Shown here: piece by piece, positions 12,577 to 26,227 of the stretch
How positions within the stretch are numbered: position 1 is the stretch's first letter
Layout of the letters: each line of letters starts with the position of its first letter
Assembly: GCA_016906335.1 (NCBI GenBank)
Contig: JADEYG010000002.1
Location: 1,612,001 to 1,676,000 of the forward strand
Length of the DNA: 64,000 nt
DNA from: Novakomyces olei
Taxonomy: Eukaryota
Direction: 5' to 3'
Program-made: the position numbers and the translations under genes
Notes under the pieces: generated by a model
Told to the model about the DNA's origin: nothing
Seen by the model: only the letters and a program-made list of their open reading frames with translations
The model's database searches: none

Positions 12577-14246
12577 GATCGTTATTGCTCTGCTTTATTT
12601 TATTTAATATTTATTTGCTTATTTTGATTTGCACAACGTCGAAAGGAATGGCAAATATAAATAGTAAATATAAAGCAGTTATCGGGATCTGCGGACCAGC
12701 CCGAGTCTGTAACTGATTCCGGTGTAAACAACCTCCTCGGAAACCCCCTAAACCTTGTCGAGACAGCCTAAGAATACTCTAGCAGGAGTATTGAAAAGCT
12801 TTTTATATTAGAATAAAAACCAGCGATGTAAAGGAGAGCAAAGGAGTTTGTACACATAAATCCCCTACGCATTAAAACTAGCAGAAGCCAGCCATGCGAA
12901 AAAAAGACAAGTCGCGTCATTTGGCACATGGCGTCTTTTTAGCTAGCAAAAAGCAAACAGTGCTAAACTAAGTACGAAGCTTTGTTATATCAAATAAAAA
13001 GCCGGCGTCAGTTCCAAGCGTAACATGAAAAGGGCCCTTGTTGCACCAAACGTTTGCCAAAAAGCACTGTTTCACGTTTAGCGGCAAATGACCGAATCTG
13101 GTATAGATTGCTCAGGACAGCGCTAGCGCATGAGCAAATTAAGTGAAAATCTAACAAAACGAGCCAGCCAGATTCTACATAATTGGCTCAATGCCATTAT
13201 CTGCTTTTATTTTCATTTTAACCGAGACAAATGAAACTTTAGCCGTGCGAAGAACTCTTCCTGCCATTTCCCTCGAATTTCGCGGGTTTGAGCCTTTTGA
13301 TTGTTTCAATTGATGTTTCAGTTCATCTGGCTTTAGCGTAATCAACCTTTGAAAATTACGAAACTGCACTAAATAACACGAGATAATCTGACCAGAGTTT
13401 TCAAAGAAAACAAGAAATTCGAGAGCCAATTAGGGCCATACTAGTGAAACAGTAGCGGTCATGATAAAATGAGAATTAAATAATTATATTTTAGTCCTAT
13501 ATAATTTGGCATTAAGTAAATTAGCAGCGGGATTATTTATACTGCTCATGTAAAGACGTTTTTATAGAGAAAAAGGTTGAGTAAAGACAGTATGGTATTC
13601 TCTAGTCTACTTCATTTTTCATCATAATACCGGCCTGTTTGTTTGCCTTTGGTGAAGCGCCATAAGACTAATTCTTATTTACACTAACGCGAAAATTGCA
13701 CACAGTTCTTTCCCAATTTTTTTTTAGCAGAGGCAAAGACGTACCTTGTTTCTTGACCTATTTCTACTTTTACTGAATAATAATCGGCCAAGAACGAAGC
13801 ACAAATATAAGCCCTCAATAAGAAGGTAACTTACTAGAATTCAATTAATGAAATTCGCCAATGAGGCCAGACTAATAAATGATTCTCGCTAGCCCGAATC
13901 AGTTTCGCGAGCAGTACTTGAAAAAAAAAATTCGTTGTTTGCATCAAGTACGCGCAAATGTACACAATCCGGAAATTTAAAGATTGAAACCAATGTGAAA
14001 AATTGATGCCTGGACCGTTTTAAGAACAGCTGGAAAATTGAGGACAAGTATGAAGCAAACGTAAAGCAAATCCCACCAGGGAGCGAAATATAACATATAA
14101 GAAAACAAAACATTAATCAGCGAAGAAAACGCAAGAGAAAAACCAAACCCATTATTATATATATATCCTAAAATAAAAGCATTAGGAAGAACAAAACTGT
14201 TCTCGCAGGCAATAAAAGCAATATCCACGCATTTCAAGGATTGTTT

Positions 14247-15853
14247 TCATGAGCGCGTCTCTACGACCGTGTCAAAAGCTGGCGGAAGATCGAAATACGA
14301 CGGGGCAGCTCGAGGCCCAAAAAGCTCATTATAAGCAGGTGTCGGAATTAGCGTCATTTCGTCTGGAGAATCTTCTGATGCTGGTGGATTTTGTCCAGAC
14401 TGTCGTCTCTCCATGGTAAAAGCAACTGCAGTAGGATCGGTGCGCGGTTGGCGGTGAGTTAAGGATGTTTGATAATCCGGAAGCTCTTCTGTGGGCAGAA
14501 TCAGGTCAGCTGGGACCTCAAGCTTGAGTAGGCCAACGTCAAAGTGCAGGTTGATAACGACAGAGTACCTACGAATTATATGGCACCTTTGGATAGCCGG
14601 TGAGATGCCAAATCGGTCTGCACAAAGGGATAGAGGCAAAGACAAATTGCCGTGCAATTCGGTTTCAGACAATTTATTCCAGCTTAATACCTTTGAGTTA
14701 AAAGCAAATCTTTGCATCGCTGTACTATCCCCATAGACAGAGGGTATTATTTCGTTCTCCAAACGGTTCCAGCCAAACACTGTGCGCGCACAAAGTTTGA
14801 AGGTTACGTAGCGCAGATCAGGAACTACAGCAGAAGCGTTTGTACTGGCTCCCGGAGAAGAAGCAGAGCCGGTTGAAGGTGAGGGGGGCTGATTGGGAAA
14901 GTACCAGTGAAACCCGATAGGATACTGCTTCACAGTCTCCTCATTTGCATGAAAATGAATAGGCTGTGCTTCAGCCGAAAGAGTTCCACACTTGATCATT
15001 TTGACAAACCCTTGGCGGAAAGACTTTGTTGCTACTACGGGCCGATCTTCTACTGGGCTCCCGTTCGAACGTAGAACAATGGGCTCACAAGCTTCCTCTG
15101 TTTCCCCTCCGGAAAACTCAAAGACGAGTCGTAGACGGTAGCGGATATTGACATAGCTCGCATCCGGCACCAGCTTTTCCGTAGCTTTTTGCTCTGGGCT
15201 GTTGCTGGCTACATTGGCTCCGTTTCTACTATTTTCTCGCACCAAACCAGCAGCATTGCTGTTTGTTTGCTGTGAAAATCCCATAGAAGATGGGAGCAGC
15301 GTATGCTCAACTCGTAAAGGCGTACATTTGCAAACTGCCGTATTTTCACCAGGGATTTGTATGGAGAATGCGTGTTCAAAGGGCGGCTGAGCGCAGTCTA
15401 CTTGGGTCGGCTCAAAATTGCTGAGTCGGTGTAAGCGCCGAACAATGAACGACGTCTTTTCTGCCAAAACCCGCATAGGCGCATTTGCAGCGGAAGACGT
15501 GACGTATTCAATACCTCGATCGTTAGTAAGGATTTAAAATTAAATTAACAAAACTCGTATACGAAAGTGCCGCTGGCTGTGCAGCAAAAGGCTCCTTGCA
15601 CTGTCCGGCAAAGGCAAAAAAAGCTTGTCATAAAGTAAACAAATAAAAAAAATACTATCGTACCTTCAAACCAGAGCTTTACAGAGGTTAAAGTACGGGA
15701 CTTTGCCTTTGCACGAGGCCGGTAGCGTGCGACTCCGTGTATATATTCTCCCGGGCGGTAAGTCTGCTGTGGCTGTACGATCTCGATGCTGATTCCTTCT
15801 GTAGGCGCTTCCTTTCGCGCTGAAAAGCGCCGTGTTATATTCCGTAAAGGCAT
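14247..15853 (-). CDS. Arrestin/Bul1-like ubiquitin-ligase adaptor
   Basis: N-terminal IEI..YRPGEYIHG..WFEG arrestin-N strands, LLPSS..IRYRL, IIRRYSV and LKLEVP. C-terminal PY-like motifs (LPDY, PAY, PSY). One intron at ~15663-15515. Confidence 0.65.
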
Positions 15854-16723
15854 AGAGGCAAGCTTAGTCGCAGAGCACGATAAGTGCTAGTTCAGACGCC
15901 GTATGAATGATCTGATTTAGTCTAGCCTCACGCTTATCGGCCATTATGCTAGCGACATTGGTGACATAAATGTGAAAATTGCTCCCTGCGAGATTAATCC
16001 ACCAACGTTACTTGGTAATGCGCGTAAAATGGCGATTGTAAAAGATTTATATTATATCCATCGCTTGTGCGTTTGCTCTAGTGTACGTATTTTATAGTCA
16101 TAGTGTACATCTGATCTGTAGTCCTTAGATATAAGCGGGAAAACAGTAAGTCCAATAAGTATACAGCACAAGCGTGGAATAAGTAAATCTCTGGTAGGTT
16201 AGAATAAACCAATGCAAGATTATCTCCGACAATCACTTATGTCCATCGGCGTTGAGCAACAGTTATACCACGAAAAGTGGGGCCGCATAGTCTGAAGGAT
16301 ACAATTACATTGTACTCACGCGTGTGAAAGGCATATGAATCGATCAGTCGTGCCGAATGCATTTCGTCTATACGAATTCAGTCGCCAATCAAGATTTGAA
16401 AATGATACTAGGAATAGTGTTACACAACCTTGCGGTTTTCGTGTTATTTTCGGATATTCTGGCGTACCTTAATATTTCATGGATTTATCTCTAATGATTC
16501 TTTATAATTAGCAAAACGCTGGATCTTGAATGTGTTTTAAACATTGTATTTGTAATGAAATGGCATACTGTAAAGTTTTCCAACTTTATGAGCTCTTTTT
16601 GCCATGATAAATTGCAATAACGCGAAATTCGTCCTGAGCCATAATTTTTTTACATAACGATTTTTTAATATTATTTTCCGGCAAAAGCAAAAACAAAAAC
16701 ATTCAACGATCAAGTTTCATATT

Positions 16724-17830
16724 TTAGAAATAAGGTGCCTCTGCCTGTGGCGTAATACGTGCAATCAGACGGCTACCATGCTGGGCCGGATCGTAATCCA
16801 ATACGGCCGAATGAGCAGTGACGCGGTTGTCCCATACAATGACAGTGCGTGGCTTCCAACGCAATCGCACTTGAGCATCATTTACTTTAGCAATATGATC
16901 GTACAAAAAGTTGAGAATTGTATCGCTCTCCGGTCTTTTCAACCCTAAAATGCTGCGAGTAAATTGGGGGTTTACGAATAGTGCCTTTTCGCCAGTGGCC
17001 GGATGCCTACGTACAACTGGGTGGACTGACGTAATTGGCTCACGTCGAACATGGCCATCACGCAATCTGGCATTATTCGCCTGTTCATGAGCAGAGTGTA
17101 CAGCCTTTAAGTTCTCTAGAATAGCTTGAAACTGTGGTGAAAGACGTTTGTAAGCCTCCACCTGGTTCACGAACAGTGTGTCAGCACCCACAGAGGGAAC
17201 ATCCAGTCCCAACAAAAAAGTGGTTCCGGGCGGCTGTTTTTCGTAAGTGACATCAGAATGCCAGCTGGTGGAGTTAATCTGATCCGTGTAATAGCTGTCC
17301 CAAGTTTTGTCGCGAGTGGAGCGATGTACCAAGTGCAATTCTGGAATTCCATGAGGATGGCCGGACGTGGGATGAACATGTAAACGACCGAAATGGCGGC
17401 CAAACTCGAGCCATTGCTCAGGGCTTAAATCCAAGAAATCCTGGTCGCGGAAAGCTACTACCTTGCGCTGAGCCACGTAAAGCGCCAGCTCATTCAGGCC
17501 TTTGGGCGATAGTTGGCTCAATTGCACGTTTGATACTTCAGTGCCGATGCTAGGAGTCAAATGTGAAATTTCCGCATTATTCAATAATTCTTTCAGCTCC
17601 GGGTCAGCATGTGTGCCCGGGTCGACGTGCTGAAATGGAGTCAAGGCCTCGTAATGTAACGAACGGTCCCAAGTGGGCAGGTAATGTGGATACTTTGATT
17701 CAAGAACGTCTTGCTCATCGTATCCCTGCCCATAAAGCAGGTCTGTGCCCAAACTGACAGCGTTTAGCTTTTCTTTGGCTGTCTCCAAGTCCAATGTCGT
17801 AGCCGGTATTGTAGTAGTAGTAGTCGGCAT
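16724..17830 (-). CDS. TauD/Jlp1-family 2-oxoglutarate-dependent sulfonate dioxygenase
   Basis: LTPSIGTEV, VVAFRDQ, WHSDVTYE (HxD), HPVVRRHPATGEKALFVN and WDNRVTAH. Confidence 0.93.
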   Translation of the reverse strand: MPTTTTTIPATTLDLETAKEKLNAVSLGTDLLYGQGYDEQDVLESKYPHYLPTWDRSLHYEALTPFQHVDPGTHADPELKELLNNAEISHLTPSIGTEVSNVQLSQLSPKGLNELALYVAQRKVVAFRDQDFLDLSPEQWLEFGRHFGRLHVHPTSGHPHGIPELHLVHRSTRDKTWDSYYTDQINSTSWHSDVTYEKQPPGTTFLLGLDVPSVGADTLFVNQVEAYKRLSPQFQAILENLKAVHSAHEQANNARLRDGHVRREPITSVHPVVRRHPATGEKALFVNPQFTRSILGLKRPESDTILNFLYDHIAKVNDAQVRLRWKPRTVIVWDNRVTAHSAVLDYDPAQHGSRLIARITPQAEAPYF

Positions 17831-18982
17831 TTTTGAATAATTATTTTTCCCTTTTCATGTCGGCGCGGTAATTCTGATGCGCTGCTGGCCTTTATAAGGA
17901 CTCGGCCTCTGTATGAGCGACAATCACGCAAAGATTCAGAATCGCTTGAGCATTACCTATTCGGGCACGTATGATGAGTGGAGAAACGCCATTTCTTTAT
18001 GCGTTTCTCATACACTATTCTTGTGTGGGCGCTGCTCGTCGGCTGTTGCCCGTCGATTGCTTGGTATTACACTTTTATTACATAATATTACAATTAATCA
18101 CACAATTAAATTACGAAATGTTTAGCTAAAAATTATCTGCGTTTACTTGCCAGCTTCTAAGCATATTGCTTGATGATCGTCGGTATAGGGGTCAGTAGAG
18201 AGGAAGAGCTCTTTGCTGATGGGTTTTCAAAATTCGCTTCCAAGCTTGGCACCGGCTTAAAAGCTGCGGAAGCACTTTGGAACGAGGCTTTGACAGTTTT
18301 GCAATGTGGTTTAAATATATTCTATGGGAACGTATACTATGATCCCCACCATATTAATTTGTGATTAGGCTATTAGCAGCGGTACGTATATAAGTAATCG
18401 GCCGTTTGATCGTCCTTTTTGCTAGAGTTGTAAGAGACTTTGGCATTGTAACTGACTTTTACGAAACTTAACTAGCACTTGTCAGCTAAATTGTAGATAC
18501 TGTAAGCTTTCATTACCCTCTTTTCATGGCCCAGAATTTTGATTGTGGTATTCTGGAATACAAACAGAATAGGAAGCTTTTGAATGAAATTGTTCTAATC
18601 TCAGAAAAATTAAGAAATACATATACTCAAAATGTTTATCTGTCGTTGTGGTACCTTGGAACGGAGATATATTTCATGATTTTCAGAACGCAATAAAGAT
18701 TTTCGATTCGATCTTATGCGATTAGCTTTTCGTTGCTATCTACAATTGTGGCCATTTAACAGTCATATACAATAGATTGAAATATGTAAAAGTGTCAAGT
18801 GAATTTAGTACCGCAATACCCAGAAACGTGTTAAATGTTTAAAACACTTGCACGCTTATCGTGCTGTATGAGGATATGATTACGTGCGTAATGCACGTGC
18901 GTGGGATAATATAGCGGGAAAGCTCGACATAAAATGCCATACTGTATTTTGTTCTTTCTGTCCGGCAAGCGACACTTGAGCC

Positions 18983-20712
18983 ATGGCTGTTAAAGAGGAT
19001 AAGCGTCTCAAAGTAATTATAGCAGGCGCCGGAATAAGCGGGCTTGCCATGGCGATTGCCCTTCAGCGTGTTCCAAATTTACCTCGCCTCGATTTTGAGT
19101 TGTATGAACAGGCACCGGAACTATTGGAAATAGGGGCCAGTATTGCGCTCAGTCCTAATGTATAAACAATTTTGCAAAGACTTTACTAATTATTAGGGCA
19201 TGCGCACCCTGGAAAAATTGGGTGTGGATAACGCACTATCAGATGAAGTAGGATTCCGCGGTCCTACCGGTATTCCGCAGATCCTGAGGTACGGCATACT
19301 CTCAATTAAAATTGTGCTCAGCAATTTATTCTAGTTTAGCATGTGGACTCTGATTATCTTAGATGTCTAACATATTATATTTTTGTTATGTGTGTATAAA
19401 CTGTACTTATCAAGTCTAGGCATTGGAAAACAAACCAAGTTGTTTCCGTGGATACGCATGTTCGGGTGCCTGATCCACGCCATCATACCACAAGGTTCCA
19501 CCGTGGTCTTTTGCACGCTGCATTACTGGAACATGTTCCCCGCGAATCGATACATTTGTGTAAAAAGACAAAATCTGCAGAAGCGGATGAGGACGGTGTA
19601 ACGCTTTATTTCGAAGACGGTACTCATGTCAGAGGCGATTTTTTGATTGGTGCGGACGGAATTAATTCAGTAAGTAGAACCAAAAAATAGATTGCGTCTC
19701 TGACAAAATCATAGGAAGTGCGAGAGTCGTTTCTCCGAGATTATAAATTGAGGTTTACCGGCAAAGTCCTAATGCGTGCCACATTTGACGCGGACTTGAT
19801 TGAGGGAAAAATTCCAGATCTCCCTGCTGACTCGTCCCATTGGGTAAGCTGACTCTATGTGCGATTTGCATTATTTATTTATTGAACATCCTTTTTAGTA
19901 TGAGGTTTTTATTAAATTTGTTCTCCACTTTAAAAAAGACCTTATTTTCCCAATTGAAAAACTGCCAATTAACTAATATACTATTAGTGGGGCCCCAAAG
20001 ACACATTTTTTGCTTCGTGTCCTCCTCAAATATGTTATAATGCTAAAAGGTGGAAGGCAAAAACCAGTATACAGTAGTCGGCGCGTACGAGAATGGAAGA
20101 AGCGCAGAGGAACTAGAGCGAAGTGTAAAATGGGACCAAGTAGGAAACGTAAAGTTTCTTCGTGAAAAATACAAGGTAAATTTAGTGCCGGAGATTAGAC
20201 TCTTCTTAAATTTTCTAAATTCATAGAACTGGAACCCGGTAGTGAGGAAGCTTACGGAGATGACACCTTATTCGCGTCTGTATCCGAATTATGCCGGTGA
20301 TTCTCTTTCTACATGGGTACTAAATTCACGTGTTACACTTATCGGAGATGCTGCGCACACTCATGGCGGGGCCTTTGCTGCTGGTGGATCACTTGCTCTC
20401 GACGATGCCTATGCACTTGCCCTAGCGCTCAAGCACGTGTTTGCTTCCGACAACCGATACACGTCCAAAAACTTAAAGAAAGCCATTGAATTGTATGACA
20501 AAACTAGAAGACCGCACACTGCTTGTCTGCTTGATATTGTCCATAATCAACTTTCCCGACCAGCGACGGAATATGCTGGTGCAGAAGACGAAGATGAAGC
20601 CCTTATCGCACGCATGAGAGGTCGGCCCGCTACAGAATGGCTGTCAGAGCATGATGTTGAAGGTAATTTTGATAAAGTCATAAAAGAAGAGGCCTCAGTT
20701 GGCTGGTATTAA
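18983..20712 (+). CDS. FAD-dependent monooxygenase (salicylate hydroxylase-like), intron-rich; one splice donor is doubtful
   Basis: IAGAGISGL Rossmann motif, EIGASIALSPN|GMRTL, IGADGINS (DG motif) and LIGDAAH (GD motif). The exons join through GT-AG introns except near 20019-20056. Confidence 0.85.
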
Positions 20713-23198
20713 GCCGCTGAATCAGAAAACGGAGCGAAACGTAGTCGCTCATACTCTGCTACACGATTAGTCCTCAACGGCAACGTGAGACATCACTGTT
20801 ATTGACTGATAGAGACTAGCATTAGAATAAAATGTATTATTATTATTAGTATTAGAATTTAGCATTAGGAAACACCATTAATGGTGTACAAGGCTTGAAT
20901 CGGTTTTCCTCTGTTATCTGTTAGTAAACAAGCTATAATACTGCTTTGACTTTGCCATATATCCGCAAGGTGACGTGCAAAAACTGCTCTACGCTTTGGT
21001 CTAAACATCCCTGCTCATCTATGCGACGCATTTACTAGTTGTCAGTCGAACTAGGTACTGTTTGCCAAAACATAAAGTTGACCAATAAGCTTTTGAATCT
21101 TTTGTCAATGAACTGCTTTGTATCATTTATTCATGAAATATAAAAAGAGAATCTTTGATGGCCGAATATGTCTAATTACAGACAATGAATTAAAAACGAC
21201 GACAATTTAATAATTTCATGACCCTATCCCATAGAAGTTTAAAACAAATATTGCAGTAATACGTCTGATAAAGTGGGGCAACGCTACAAAGATAATTGGC
21301 AGCTTGATCTCCATGTTTTGGAATCGAACAATGGCTTTCGTCGAGACCGGCCGAGAATTTTGGTTTGGGTTATGCCCCTTCAAGCTGATTAGCCATGGAC
21401 CAAAAGAGTAAAAATGCCCATCTGGCGATCAAGCATATGCCGGCACCTTCAGAACCGCCTAGATAAATTTATTCAATAAAATTATTGTTCTCCCAGGCCG
21501 TGCGAAAAGGCTCTAAAATTCAACTCCATACAGTATTACTTAATTAGTAAAGGAATCCCAAATGTTTCAACCCATCTAGTTACTAGAGAAATTCTATTTA
21601 TGTTTGAAGCTTTAAAATCACTGGCACATTGTCGATAAAACCTCCACGTAAAATCGTAGCATCATTAAGCGACGATAGCCAAATATTGCTATCGTCTGTA
21701 TCGAGGCGGCTGTACGGAGCCTGTTAGTTGGCGTCTTCATACACCACATGGGATAGAAGGGTTTTAAACGTAAATTGTATGTCCATTTTGACTCAGTCAA
21801 TGAGCGCCGTCAGCGTTCAGCAGCTGGATACAATCTAGCTATTGAAAGCCTTTTACGATTCTTTATCATGCCAGTTGGGACCGTGAGAAGCATTATTCAG
21901 GATGTTTTGATAGGACAGCAGATAGCGTGGGGTAGAGTAGAATAACGTATGCAATAAATCTATTATTAATAAGAGCGTTTTCGAAGGTGCGGATAGAGCA
22001 GACACAAAATATATCCGATTACATTAAGTAGGCCTGACATAATTAGAATTGATGAGTCAAATGATATTTCGGCCTAATTATATAGATTACTGTAAAGCAT
22101 TAAGATACCCGGCATTCATGAAGATGACTGCCGAAACCATAACCTTTCAAATCCAGGCCCTTGAATTGATCCAAAGTTGGGTGAAGTTAGTAAGGGTATC
22201 TGTCATGTCTAAAAATGGATTCTGGGATAACAGCACGAGCTCAGTGTTGTTTTATTTCTAACTCGCCAAACGTTGTAATAATTTAGCTCTATCGACATCA
22301 ACACGTGTCTACGCGAATTCGTGCATTCTCTGTCGAAAAATAATAAACATTACTTGATATTTTCCCCGCGCACACCTAGCCGACATGGCTATAATGTTCT
22401 ATCCATGTTCTATCACATTATTATAAATCTTTTGCTATTACCGTGTATTTTCCGAGCTTCGACCCACTTACCCTTTTCGTAGACCTCCCATATTTTAGTA
22501 ATGCACCCCAAGTAGCCGATATCCTCTATTGTTCAAGATAAGCTTACTGGCACCCTTTAGCACTAGACAGAGATCAAGGCAACCCCAGATTTTTGACATC
22601 CAGCTGCTAAACTGTGGAGTCTTGGCCCTTTTTCAAATATATCAATAAAAGGCTTGAAGACCAGCATTGGGATATTTTTTTAGCATAAAATTGTATTTAA
22701 TTTATATTATACGCCTGTCAGTTAAAAACCGTAAATTTAAATCTAATTTTTTTAGAAAAGATAGAAGAAAAACGCGTCTTTGGCGCGTAAAAGGTTTTAG
22801 GGGCCGTCACTAGAGACATTTCAGCCTCCTCTTCCTGATGGTGCTTACCCCACAACAAATATTCAAATTTGCAGATCTGGGAGGCAATTCTATCTAGGGT
22901 TTTCTATCTGCCATTAGTAAAAATAAACATTGATCGTAAGGGCTACCCGATTAGGCCGCCCACCTGCGGCGTTTCGCCCACTCACCCCAAATTCTTCCAC
23001 ACCCTTCGGAAGATCCGTTTCGGTATGTATTTGAAATCATTTCTTGCCCCGCTTTAATTATTGTGGTTGTACATATGGGATGCTGATAACTATAAAGAAC
23101 GTGCCGATAGCCATGCTCGACCAACAAATTTGAGCACGCGAATAACAGTCAGTCAATTTACACAATATTAAAGGCTTGAGATCCTTTCTACCGTCAAA

Positions 23199-25101
23199 AT
23201 GGTCAGGTGGTATACACTTTCTATTGCCCTTTTTACCGGCATCGGTACACTGCTTTATGTAAGTCGAGAACTAGAGCTTTCGTGGCACCAGGAACTAACA
23301 ATATTTATAGGGCTTCGATACCGGAATTGCTACAACAAGTATGGAACCCATTATACCTTTACAAGACTTTGCATTCTAACTCAATTTTAGCTATTGCCCA
23401 TGAAAGTTGGATCGAGTACATGGGCCATCCATCTCATGGAGTTACCGGAGCTGTACGTCTGCAATATGTTTCTCTTTATTTTTACTAATAGATCAAAGGT
23501 CGTTGCGGTTTACGTTGCGGGTGAAGCCGTTGGAGCTTTGTTGCAAACTGCTATTGGCGACAAGCTTGGACGCAAAAGGTTCCTTCAGCTTATGTGTGCT
23601 ATCGTCACTGTCGGTACCGTTATCCAAACTGCGTCTGTGAATATTGGCATGTTTTTGGCTGGTCGTGTCATCGCCGGTATTGCTGTTGGGTAAGAGACTT
23701 TTGGTAGAAGAATTTCGCCCAACTAACAAACCTTTATAGCGGTATGGTGGGAACAGTGCCCGTTTACCTGAGCGAAATTTCTGCTCCACAGGACCGTGGT
23801 CTTCTTGGAGGTATTTCTGGCATCGGAATCTCGTGCGGTACCATGTTGTCTAACTGGGTCGGTTTTGCCTGCCAATTTATCAATTATGGACAAGCCCAGT
23901 GGAGAGTTCCACTTGCCTTGCAAATTCACTGGGGAATTATCCTCTTTATCGGTCTCGCCACTTTCCTTCCAAACTCTCCCCGACAATTGATCCGGCAAGG
24001 AAAGGTCGATGGCGCTCGTATTGAGTTTATCAAAGTCCGACGCGATCTGCAGGCACACGAAGTTCATCAGGAATTCGATCTTATGCGAGCACAAATTGAA
24101 TATGAGCAAAAGCGCGAAGTCAAGTCTTACAAGGAAGTCTTCAGACTCTTCCGCTACCGTGCTCTTGTTTCTATTGCCGTACAAACCATGACATCTCTCA
24201 CCGGCGTGAACGTTATTCAATACTACCAGAGTAAGCTACCAAGTATTTTGATAAGAGCTTGACTAATTGCCTTTTTAGCTATCCTTTACCGCTCCTTGGG
24301 CGTAAATCACAACATTGTTCTTGCTCTTGCTGGTGTTTATGGTACGGTCGCTTTCATTTCCAACGTCATTACGAACCGATTCCTCACTGACCAATGGGGT
24401 CGCCGAAAGTATGCATATTCTATTTGCAGGTTCTCTGTTCTAACCTTCCTTTCAGGATGATACTCACTGGACTTACCAGTGTTATTTTGATCGAGATTTA
24501 TACTTCAGTGATGCAGAAGGAGTTTCAGCACTCTGACAACAAAATAGGAAAGGGATTCGCTGTACTTGGAATCTACTTATTCGCCGTGTTTTACTGTGAG
24601 TGGAATAATGTTATTGTTCCCCTATACTAACAAATGTAGATGGTCTTATCAACAGTACTACTTGGATTTATGGAGCTGAAGTTCTGCCAATTGCTCTCCG
24701 AAGCAAAGTTATGGGATTGGCTTCCGCTGCGCATTTTATTGTGAACGTTGCAAGTAAGCAGAAATAATACTATTGTCAGATGTCTAACTTTGCACAGTTA
24801 CCGAGGCTGGCCCAGTTGCTTTTGCTACGATTGAACAAAACTACTATTACGTATTTGTTGCATGCACAACGTTCTTCCTCGTTATTGCCTACTTTTACTT
24901 TCCGTAAGTGCAAACATGATTGATTTTGTTTTTTAAACTGACCGTTTTAGTGAAACCAAACAACGGACACTGGAAGAAATTGCCGCCTCCTTTGGTGATA
25001 AGGTTGTCGAGCGTAATGAGGAGGATATTGCAACGGAAGGAGCTGTGCTCAATGAGAAATCCGACGCTGCACACGTAGAGTACGCAACTTCAGCAGCTTG
25101 A
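23199..25101 (+). CDS. MFS sugar-porter family transporter, many short introns
   Basis: GFDTGIA, GDKLGRK, AGRVIAG, VPVYLSEIS..RG, PNSPRQL, TGVNVIQYY, WIYGAEVLP..RSK and ETKQRTLEEI. Stop TGA ends at 25101. Confidence 0.92.
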
Positions 25102-26227
25102 TTTGTCCAAAAAAGGTTCATTTATGTTTAGCGCACTTTGTCCTCATTGTTTCATTTGGTCAGTTTTGCCATATTATCGGAAATTAAATTTAGCTCATAC
25201 TGGTTAATAATGTGTATTTTACTTTATTTGTATAACAAGAGCAATAAATTCAACTTTTGATCTCACGGTTAAACAATCTTTAGCGGTGGCAAGCTCGCAA
25301 TGACTGTTGCGTCAATAGATCTTATGCTGCTGTATTATCGTGACAACTGAATCAATTTTAAGCAATTCCTGAATCTTATGAATTAAAAAGTGAGTCTAAA
25401 CCACAAAGAGTTGTGATTTATTGATATTCGGAATAAAAGTGCCAAACAATTAGTCTTACAAAGAAGCAAATTTTGTGGAATAAGGCAGCAACAGTAGAGC
25501 ATAAATATAAAATAATGAGGAAAATCCATAAGGGTGGACCATCAGAAATGAAGGCCTGCCAATAATTAGTCTTGTAGTGAGAAGAATTGTTATTAACAAA
25601 AAAAAATGACAACTTTAAAATGTTGCATTCGACAGTCTGCGATAAGGGCCAGCTGACTATCACGGAAATTTGTGATAAAGTCAGTTTAAAGTGAGAAAAA
25701 AGTCTAAAATTTAAACTACTTTAATTGATTCATAACGGATAACGCTAGCCGGAAACGCAAAAACGAAACTCATCACTATCAAGGGCAGAATTTTTAGGCT
25801 TTTGATGTCCCGCGGGTATAAAGCAAGCGGGCCAGTCAGCGAAACACGCTGGACCGAACTTTGAAAAATTATGGAAAATCACCGATGCCCATTAGGCACA
25901 GCCGATCCTTAGCATACAATATTTCGCAATAATTGTGCATGCTGATCTAATTTCCGTAGAAATTCAAAATTAACAAGCATGTAAAAGTAAAATTAAGGGA
26001 CATAATTATGGCAGAAAATTGTATAATATTTCGAGACGACCCACAATACAGCCCACGCATGTACTAATCATAGTCAAACGTGGGTATGCTTCGGCTTAGA
26101 CTTTGGAGGGCTAAATTAAAACAGGGTTGCCGAAACGATGAGCGAATCGTCGTGCGGTAAGCCAAAAAGGCATAAATGTATAAATACGCGCTCTTTAAAA
26201 TTTTAAAAATTCGAACTTTCATTACTC

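Noticed and set aside
22609-22617. AAACTGTGG (Met31/32-type site)
   Set aside because: A single copy far from the sulfur genes' starts, so it is likely chance.
20760-23100. Long intergenic gap with patches of coding-like composition; similar gaps at 31000-32050, 53950-54600 and 56300-57000
   Set aside because: My partial translations gave no recognisable motif. They may hide decayed genes, but I cannot support a call without TBLASTX.
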